Shown piece by piece: positions 54,705 to 64,000 of a stretch of 64,000 bases of DNA. A program made the translations under genes and the position numbers. A model generated the notes under the pieces. The model searched no databases, was not told the DNA's origin, and saw only the letters and a program-made list of their open reading frames with translations. Position 1 is the first letter of the stretch. Every line of letters starts with the position of its first letter. This DNA is from Eledone cirrhosa (taxonomy: Eukaryota), in assembly GCA_964016885.1 (NCBI GenBank), contig OZ024750.1:18848001-18912000 (forward strand), written 5' to 3'.

Positions 54705-54771
54705 TATAATTTTTACACACACAGTTATATGTATATATTATATATATATATGATTTTTACACACACATGTG

Positions 54772-54803
<32 letters not shown>

Positions 54804-54806
54804 ATA

Positions 54807-54863
<57 letters not shown>

Positions 54864-56227
54864 TATATAATATATATTATATATATATATATTATATAAT
54901 ATATATATATATACTTAATTGACATAGTAGATCCTTTATGTGTTTTATAACTTTTGCCATTCGTACCATTCTTTGGTGGTCTTTTGCTACTTTACAACCA
55001 GTGGACCAGTGCCATGCTGGAGCAACAATTCCGCTGTAAAAAAAAAAAAAGCATAAAAATAATGATGAATAAAAAAAATTGAAACATTTTAGTAGAATTT
55101 CTATATTTATATTTTCTTAATAATAATAACTATTATTATAATAATAGTTATTATTATAATTTTGCAATTTTTTCTCTTTTACAAAATTATTCTTGTTTCC
55201 TTTTCATATCACTGAATCCAAACTATGATCTTGTAGTTTATACAAGGTAAATGTTGTTATTTTGGTGACAGTAACCTCTGTAGTATATCTACTGTTTATG
55301 GGAGACTTATTTTATGGAGTTATGAAGTTGAAATTTCCTGAGATTTTACTGATGAATGTTTCCAGCCTCTTTTTGATTAACCCAAATCCTCTTTCAATCA
55401 CTGCTGGTATGGTTTAGGTTGTCATCTCCCACTTAACTCTTTTGCATTTACATTACTCTATATATACTATTATATTTTCATGATAAAGGCTTTATCTCAC
55501 ATAATATCGAATCTATGAGATTTTGAGATTATTTATTTTGAGAACAATACCTTAACATAAGTACGAACAGCCGGTTTGAACAGAAAGAGGTGAGGGAATT
55601 CTGGTCAGATACGGCCGGTTTAAAGGCTAAAAGGTTAATAAGGTTCTCAGTCTTAAGGTCTATATATTTAGACAGCTTTTCTGTGAAATTAACTGATGTG
55701 TTATGGTCTGCTTGTGTTGTCATATCACTCAGCATATACCATCAGTGCTGGCTTTAGGATAAACGAAGCCTTGTGCTGAGGTAGGCCTGGTAAAAAAATA
55801 TTTTTAGCATGAAGATGCCCTCCTCCCCAGCCAACAGGGTCCTATGCTTAAGCACACCTAAACACAATGGTAAATCCACCACTGTATACCATATATATTC
55901 AAATATAAGCTGAGGAATATGTAACCAAAACATCAATGGTAAAATGGGAAGTTGGCTTATATATGCCATCTAAACAATGTGTTGATTAGCTGCTTCGGTT
56001 TATAAATAGAGTTTGGATTTTCGCCTATTTCTCAGACATAAAATGTAGGGGATTTGCTTATATTTGAGTATATACAGTAAGTTTTATGCTGAGGAGTTTT
56101 AATTTTGATGCTTGGCCTGTTTTCTTTGATTTTCTTATCTGTCTGCATTGAAAAGTCATATAGGATGGCAGTGGTCATACCATTTTCCAAAGATTTTGAT
56201 GTTATATTATTATTAGTATTATTATTA

Positions 56228-56420
56228 AGGGGATTGGCTTGGCAGTATCAGTAGCGCGTGGGACAATATGCTTTGTGATATATAGTTACGTCCCTTTACA
56301 TTCTGAGCTCAAATCCTGCTGAGGTTAACTTTGCCTTTCATCCTTACGAGGTCGATAAAATAAAGTACCAGTAATGCACTGGGTATTTGCTGGCCTTGTG
56401 CCAAACGTAGAAACAGTTAT
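56228..56420 (+). mobile_element. Nin-domain SINE
   Basis: Family consensus. Confidence 0.85.
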
Positions 56421-56634
56421 TAATATTATTATTAGGGAGTTCATTGGAGGTGGTTGAAACTAGAGAAATATTCAGTTTTACCTTTCTGCATTCTGAGTTC
56501 GAATTGTTCCAGGGATGTTGTTGGGGGTGGTTTAGTCTTTTATTTTCCTCCAGTGTGAGAGGGTTGGTGTCAGTTCATATAACTTCTACCTCCTTCTCTC
56601 TGGCAAACTTCATGAAATCATGATTATATATGTA

Positions 56635-56938
56635 TAGTGGTTAGAGCATTGGACTCGCAATCATGAGGTGTGTTTAATTCCCAGACTGAGTGATGCGTTA
56701 TGTCTTTGAGCAAGACACTTTATTTCACATTTCTTCAGTTTACTCAGCTGTAGGAATGGTGCCAAGCTGTATTGGCCATTGCCTTTCCCTTGGATAGCAT
56801 TGGTGGCTTGGACAGGGGAGACTGTTGGTCTTCCATTAACAACCTTGCCCAAACTTTTGCCTCAGAGGGGAAATTTCAATGTGCGAATCCCATGGTCATT
56901 CATGACCAAAGGGGGTCTTTACACTTACTTACCTTTAC
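56635..56938 (+). mobile_element. CORE-like tRNA SINE with (CTTTAC)-type tail
   Basis: TAGTGGTTAGAGCATTGGACTCGCAATC head, TTGAGCAAGACACTTTATTTCAC core, ends in CTTTACAC/CTTAC repeats. Confidence 0.7.
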
Positions 56939-57689
56939 CATTTTATATATGTTTATATATGATAATATATATATTTATATATGACCACGACTGTTAATTT
57001 TCACAAAGAAAGGAACTCAAAACCAACGCTATCCATTAACTCAAGCAAATATTGTCCATAAAGCTACACACAACCTGACTCACCAGAGATAAAGTAAAAG
57101 AAATCACAACCATCAGAACCATACCTACAACAATCCCTGATGATGATGTATATATCATATATAAATATGTATATAATATACTTATATATATGTGCATATG
57201 TCTAAAGTTTATATGTCTGTAAAGCTGCAACTATTGAGTACAACAAAATTTTCTACTGGAATTAAAATTACATTTTTGTTTGTGTTTCTCTTTTCAGGTA
57301 AAAACTACCAAAAATTTGATAATATATATTAAAACGTTTTATCTTCTTACATTTTCAGATGGGAAGTATTCTTTTTCCAGCTGGGTTTTGGTCTTTCAAT
57401 TTATCTATTTGATTATATTTTTTTACTTGGTGAAGACTTTTAGCTGCAATTCTGTTCAATTGAACAATGTATGTTTGCATCATAGTTGCTGTGTATATAT
57501 TTGGCTTGTTTTCCTGTTTTCTCCTAACATGTGACTGTATACAGTCCAGATCTGATGTGGAATGGGTGGGAGTTCCGGTGGCGCATATTTAGGGGTTGGG
57601 GAGCAACTCATTACAAGTTATAGTTATTTTATTCTCTTCTGTTACTTGTCAGTACACTATATACACTACATGTACATACTGGTTTGGGA

Positions 57690-57925
57690 TTATTACCAAC
57701 TTTGCAAGGGCTTACAATTTACATCTGACCTGAGACTATTATCAGCTTTGGAGGCCTACATTTCCCATCTGGCCTGAGTGTATTACCAGCTTTGAAGGCC
57801 TATATTTCACATCTGGCCTGGGTCTTTTACCAGCTTTGGGGGCCTACATTTCACATCTGGCCTGGGTCTATTACCAGCTTTGGGAACCTACATTTCACAT
57901 CTGGCCTGGGTCTATTACCAGCTTT
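57690..57925. repeat. ~43-bp tandem repeat related to the 5277 minisatellite
   Basis: Units CATCTGGCCTGGGTCTATTACCAGCTTTGGGGGCCTACATTTCA, 5-6 copies. Confidence 0.8.
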
Positions 57926-58769
57926 GCACTGTCCTAACAGTATTGATACAGCCTCATTAAAAGAAGTAAAAATCTCCAGATATACAACTTTTGTCCAGTA
58001 ATTTTATTTTATTCAAGCAGCTTTTTTTTTGTTTTTTCTTCAACTGCAATGTGTGTGTGTGTGTTTGTAGCAAAGAAGCTACCTGTGTATGTGTGAATGT
58101 ATAACTTATCACTGTTATGTAGACAGTTTGTATCTACTAGTCTTCCAAAATGGATATATTCTTATCCATTCCCTTCTATCATCTCTCAATATTTTTATAA
58201 ACCTGCTGTTTTCACATGTCTTTCTTCTATCTCTTTCTTACTTTGTTCTTTTCTCATTTTCTGATTTAAATAAAAATAAAAATTTTAATTAAAACCAATC
58301 ATAAAAAATTGTTTTCTTATCAGTTTTTTTAAATTTCATAATTGTGATTGACTGAATAAAAAATATAATTATAGAGTAGAAAACTTGCCAAACAAAAGAC
58401 CAGCAGAATTCTTCAACTGTACCAAAGATATGACAACCTCCCAAGTACTGGTGATCTATTTGATAAATGGTTATTCATATAGTCTATCAACTAGTACATG
58501 ATGGCATCATACCTAACAGTTGACATATATACATACATATGCACACATGCATATATAATATATACCCCCACATATATACATTATCATCATCATCATCATG
58601 ATTTTATACCCACTTTTCCATGTTAGTATGGGTTAGAAATTTAGCTTAGAAGAGATGGAGATTCTGTTTGTACCAGGACAGACTATTACTGGTGCTCTCT
58701 TCCTAGGGAAACAACCATAGAAGTACTTAGCTAAGAGCAGAAGTGGACTGGGTTTTAAAACTGACTATC

Positions 58770-59105
58770 AGACAGCTGTCTGTTGAAGGCTAGAGGTATG
58801 TATTTACTGCTCAGCTAAGGTGGTACTGACTAACAGACTGTTGAGGGTCAGAGGTGTTTTTCCACTGCTCAGCTAGGGTGACACTGATTAACTGACTGGT
58901 GTCTGCTGAAGGCCAGAGGTGTGTTTTCACTGTTCAGCTAAGGTGACACGGACTAACAGACTGTTGAGGGACAGAGGTGTGTTTTCACAGCTCAAACTAA
59001 GGTAACACTGACTAACGGAATGTTGACTGCTGAGGATCAGAGATGTGTTTTCACTGTTCAGCTAAGGTGACACTGAACTACAGGCTGCTGAGGGCCAAAG
59101 GGGTG
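58770..59105. repeat. Degenerate ~60-bp tandem repeat
   Basis: Recurring AGAGGTGT.TTTTCACTG.TCAGCTAAGGTGACACTGACTAAC, about 5 copies. Confidence 0.8.
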
Positions 59106-59239
59106 TTTTCAATAAAGAATGTTTTATTTTCATTTCAATCTTTGTGCAGCAACCATGACTTCAGTGTTTTGTACCCAAGCCAGTGGCTCACCAGATCTTG
59201 CCCAAATGCCTGCATGGCCAAAACAGCACTAGCTAGAAG

Positions 59240-59780
59240 TTACCAACTATACCTAGCATTTGTTGACCTGGAGAATTTCTTTAACAAGCTAATATGCTTG
59301 GTAGTATGGTGGCTGTTAAGAAAAGCTAGATAAATAGCTTGTGAGTACAATATAAGGCATGTACAGAGATGCCATCAACAACGTGTGAGTTAATAACAAA
59401 GCAAATGAAGAATTTTAATGCAGGTAGGATTGTATTAAGTATCTCAGTTCTTATCCTTCTTTTGTTTATCATTGTAGTTCTTGTATAATATATTTATTAT
59501 AGTTCCCCAATTCATAACAGTGCAGTTTAAAACTGGTTATTCATGTGAACACCTGTTTGTAGATGATCTAGTTCGCATGAATCTGTGGAAAAATTAGAGA
59601 AGAAATTCCAGTTATCGAAGCAAAGTCGAGAATTGAGAGCTTTTAAAGTAAATCTAGCAAAGATTAAGGTTTTACTCAGCAGGAAAGATGACAGGACCCT
59701 AATACCATCAGAGAAATTACCATGCTCAATATGTAGAAAAGGAGTATCTAGAAAATCCATTATGATGTGCTCAATATAAA
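59240..59780 (+). mobile_element. RTE LINE reverse transcriptase remnant
   Basis: LYLAFVDLE..F ... VVWW.LRK ... KVNLAK.KVL ... PCSICRKGV...SI.C. Confidence 0.8.
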
Positions 59781-60420
59781 TTATAAGGCAAAGTATCATC
59801 ACCATTTTACGTCCATTTTTCCATGCTAGCATGGGTCAGAAGATTTGTCCTGTTGTGGGCAATGCCAGGTCAGGTGACTGTCGTACTCATACAGAACTGA
59901 TTTTGGCTTGTTTTCTACAGTTGGATGTTGGATAGAATGCTTTACAGTATTCATTATGGTTCTCTGTACTCCAAGTTCAAGTCATACTGAAGCCAACTTC
60001 GCCTGTCATTTTTTTGACATTAAATGTCAGTGAAACACTGGGATCAATTTCTTGCCCCTACTCATTCAGTGAATTGTGAAGGGGATGACAAAGGAACACA
60101 TATATATTGTGACAGCCAACAATCCTTTCACCACCACACAGTATGTAGACATGAGAAGAAAGGAAGACACGAGAAGAAAGGAAGACATTGTTTATAGCAG
60201 ATATGCCAGAGTAGTTAGATGTAAGAGCACCCATGAAATAAGTTTCTTCACATACTCAAAGGTTCTCTCAAAGTAGTAGATAGCTACTGCTACTTGGATG
60301 ATCTATGGCTCCACTTCAGTACTGACATGGTCTATATAGACCCACCCAACCATTACTAGCAGGGAAAGCAGATGTTAAAACTTCAATGATGATATATATA
60401 TATATATATATATATAGATG

Positions 60421-60632
60421 AGATTCTACAGGACTAGAACTGTTTCATTCTTTAGAAATCATCATAAAACTTTTATACTCTGCAATGTATTGAGTACCTT
60501 ACTTACTGTGGTTACCTCCGATTCAACCCGGAATAACGTATATATATATATATATATATATCATTAATTAATATAGAAACAGATTCTACAGGACTAGAAC
60601 TGTTTCATTCATATGAAATCATCGGGAATGCC
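60421..60632. mobile_element. Two adjacent family C Penelope-like ends with minus-strand hammerheads
   Basis: 60421-60464 is a truncated core followed by a GTATTGAGTACC tail to 60540. 60581-60630 reads ATTC-CCGATGA-TTTCATATGAAT-GAAA-CAG ttctagtc CTG-TA-GAAT on minus. Separated by (TA)n. Confidence 0.8.
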
Positions 60633-60819
60633 AAGTGACATAGATTGTTATTGATACTTATAGGTTTCCTAGTGGTTGTGAGCATGTATACATACACACA
60701 CACATATATATATACACACACACACATATATAATATATACCCCCCCCCCACTCTCAAAAGCGTGAACCTAATAAACTCATATTTGTACTGCCTCTCTGTT
60801 TTTATTCCCGTCTAAGATT

Positions 60820-60883
<64 letters not shown>

Positions 60884-61152
60884 AATGTATATGCGTGCAC
60901 ACACACACACACATAGTTTCAGCATCATCAAGTATATGTGTGTGTACACTCACACACAGATGTATAATAAATGTACACTCACACATACATGTATATATGT
61001 ATGTACACGCATATATATATTTAAATGTATATGCATGCACACACACTCACATACCTAACATCATTATCAAGTATGTTTGTGTACACTCACAAACAGAAGT
61101 ATATGTATTCGTGCATACATGTATATATGTATGTACACGTACACCCACACAC

Positions 61153-61220
<68 letters not shown>

Positions 61221-61228
<8 letters not shown>

Positions 61229-61610
61229 ATATTAACAAATGGAAACTATATTTATAAAACCATATTTATTTCATTATACATATTTCAAGGGCCACCAAGG
61301 CAAATTATGGTGCGCTTTCATCAGATAAAATATAATATAGGTTAGTTTTATAAATAAATATTGACATACCCTGAAAAAATGCAACCATTTGTGTGTACAT
61401 ACGTTATGTATATTATATTTTATCTGATGAAAGAGCACCATAATTTGCCTTGGTGGCCCTTGAAATGTATAATGAAATAAATATGGTTTTATAAATATAG
61501 TTTCCATTTGTTAATATATTGTATATTTACTCCAATAATTTGTTGAGTGCTTTATATCAGTTATAAAAATATTTTGCTTGTTGTATCCCAACAAATTAAA
61601 TATAACCTCT
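61221..61610 (+). mobile_element. Palindromic (TA)n-inserted element, family D, with a hammerhead on each strand
   Basis: Arms ~61221-61339 / 61409-61525, a ~70-bp spacer and an 85-nt tail containing GTTGAGTGC. Confidence 0.85.
61267..61332 (-). ncRNA. Minimal type I hammerhead ribozyme, family D (plus-strand mirror at 61416-61479)
   Basis: TATTTTAT-CTGATGA-AAGcGCACCA..TGGTGGCcCTT-GAAA-T atgt A-TA-ATGAAATA: 8-bp stem I, long stem II, AUA site. Confidence 0.85.
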
Positions 61611-61688
<78 letters not shown>

Positions 61689-62224
61689 GCGTATGCACGC
61701 AGATATATAATATATATATACACGTATACACACACACGCATATATATATATATATATACATACCGTATGTACACACAAACATATTTACATAGGCGCACAC
61801 ATACCTATCAGCATCACCAAGTATATGTATGTGTACACATACATACACAAATGTATAATATATGAACACATACATACATCCACAAATGTATAATATATGT
61901 ACACATACATAATCTCTCTCTATCGCTATATACATATATACATATCTCTATATATATATATATGTACACACAAACATATTTACACCGATAACTTCAGAGA
62001 CACACAGACACCTACACACACACACATATATATATGTATATATATATATATATAGCATATAAAGTTATATCATTATAAAGATATTGTCGGTATATCATTC
62101 CCTATTCAAATATAATTCCAAACATCGTCCATAAACCATTTACAATTTAATCAGAAATAGCAGACAACATATCTCAGTTGAAACAGTTAGGAATGGTACA
62201 AATCTCGTGTGATATTACGAGATG

Positions 62225-62239
62225 TGACGTGGAGCCAAT
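62225..62239 (+). promoter_or_regulatory. UPRE/ERSE-II-like composite element TGACGTGG-AG-CCAAT
   Basis: Direct reading; lies ~45 bp upstream of a signal-peptide-like ORF. Confidence 0.45.
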
Positions 62240-62280
62240 GGAGGATGTGGCAGTGGCAGCCACATGTCTGCGTCAGGGCC

Positions 62281-62354
62281 ATGACGCAGCACCCACAACT
62301 GTTCGTTTTAATCTTCCTTTTGGTTGTAGCTTTCATCTCTAGATATGGAAACAG
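62281..62354 (+). CDS. Candidate first coding exon (signal peptide) of a gene continuing beyond the window
   Basis: GCCATGA start; MTQHPQLFVLIFLLVVAFISRYGN; CAG|GTTGGT donor (the same donor hexamer is used by BTBD10 exon 6). Confidence 0.4.
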
Positions 62355-62518
62355 GTTGGTATATTCTCCTTACAGCCATCCTTTCTCTAACTGGACCCAT
62401 TAAACCGACGATCCTGTCTGTTTTGCTATACTATTTTGCCGTTTATTGCAGCGGGCGACCTGTCGGTCATGTTGTAATGATGCGATATCTCAGATTTTAC
62501 GATGTATGTGTGTATATG

Positions 62519-62619
<101 letters not shown>

Positions 62620-62630
62620 TATAATATATA

Positions 62631-62789
62631 TAGGAACCAGTAAGACCCCGACAGCTGAGCTCAAGCCGTCGAAACGGCTTGAGCTCAGCTGTCGGGGTCT
62701 TACTGGTTCCTATTACCCACTCTACTACCTCAAGTATTGAGTACTTTGGTGCGTTATGGTCCACCTGGTTCCTTACCACATTTCCTTCG

Positions 62790-62792
<3 letters not shown>
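62631..62792 (+). mobile_element. Palindromic (TA)n-inserted element, family B
   Basis: Perfect 39-bp arms 62631-62669 / 62674-62712, and a tail identical to 10633-10712. Confidence 0.88.
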
Positions 62793-62836
<44 letters not shown>

Positions 62837-64000
62837 TGAAACCATCTTTCAGTTTGGAAAAATTGCTTATATATATTATACATTCATGTATACATGTATG
62901 TGTACGTATCAATAAATCTCTTTAATTATATTAGAATCTAACACATAGTTGTCTTAACTTTCTATTATAAGTCCATATACAACCTAGGATGGTGTATAGG
63001 AATATAAAATCGAGTCCAATACATGAGAATGAATTCATTTCATAGAACCCCCGAAAGTTGATCAGAGCAGAACAAGATTTGAATTCAAAACGTTTAGAAC
63101 CCTTATTTAAAAATGATGCGAACAATTTTGTCATAATGACCAATGATTCTGTTAATCCTTAAATAACAAACCCTTAAAAGTTGCAGTGTTAGTTGTTTAA
63201 AAAACAAGCAAACTGTGTTTACATACATACATGTAAGTTTCAACTAAACTACTCCCGGCTGATTCAATGCAACTGACAACTCACGTATGTTTCTGTCTGT
63301 AGAGCACAGTGGTGGATAAAGATAGGGAGTTTGACTGGGCCGCCCACAATTTTTAAAGGTTCCCAAATAATTCTTTTTTATTACCATAGATAATATGCAA
63401 GGATCTCGATAGCATTTTCAGCTAGTGGCCCCCTCGCAAGCTTATTACGCTCTTGGTATAGAATAATTTACCAAAGAGGAACGGAAAAAGACCACATTTA
63501 AACATGGTACTCAACACATCATGTAGAGAAGGCACATGCTTTATATTATGAGACTAGAACTGTTTCATACGTTTGAAATCCCCAGAAAAACTTTGTATAT
63601 AAGTGATGGATTAAATGGTGTGCCAACTGGTATATAGTTAGGGCCCCAAATTAATGTTTTTGGTACCATAAATAATACACAAGAGCAGAGCCCCGATATT
63701 TTCAGCTGCTTAATCTGCCACTGGTGGAGGATATATTCTATACTGCCCTTGTGGTTTCAAAGCGCAGACACACGTCAGGACATATCTTCATTAAATTGTA
63801 ACAATCTTTGTTATTTACGTTGTTAACAGTTAACAACACCCACTCTTGCAATAGACTTTACCGGTGAACCACAGTCGCTTGATCTGCTAGAAATAACAGC
63901 CAAATTGCTCTCAAATCACACCCAGTCGTACAAAAACAAAGCTATATTGTTTCATATCGTTAAATTATAACAATCTTTTTGTTATGAACATTAATAATAC

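Overview
AT-rich, repeat-dense animal genomic DNA. The SINE families, abundant (TA)n/(CA)n/(CAT)n tracts and intron-rich gene suggest a coleoid cephalopod, probably an octopod (inference). Two protein genes are well supported. One is an RNF26-like membrane RING E3 ligase on the minus strand (single coding exon, 16244-16951). The other is a 9-coding-exon BTBD10/KCTD20-family gene on the plus strand (36583-44433, 507 aa; all splice phases checked by hand). A possible signal-peptide first exon with an ER-stress-type promoter lies at ~62.2 kb. The rest is tRNA-derived SINEs, RTE/CR1/CRE LINE remnants, MITEs and mini/microsatellites; most long ORFs in the supplied track are simple-repeat artefacts. 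The main hidden signal is a set of short, non-coding, mostly palindromic elements inserted in (TA)n microsatellites. They belong to at least four unrelated sequence families, each carrying a type I hammerhead ribozyme core (CUGANGA...GAAA...NUH) or its 3' half, and most share a GTATTGAGTAC tail motif. The architecture matches Penelope-like retroelement ends. One copy (10342) begins at the predicted ribozyme cleavage site of its sister copy (53870), which looks like a genomic fossil of self-cleavage.
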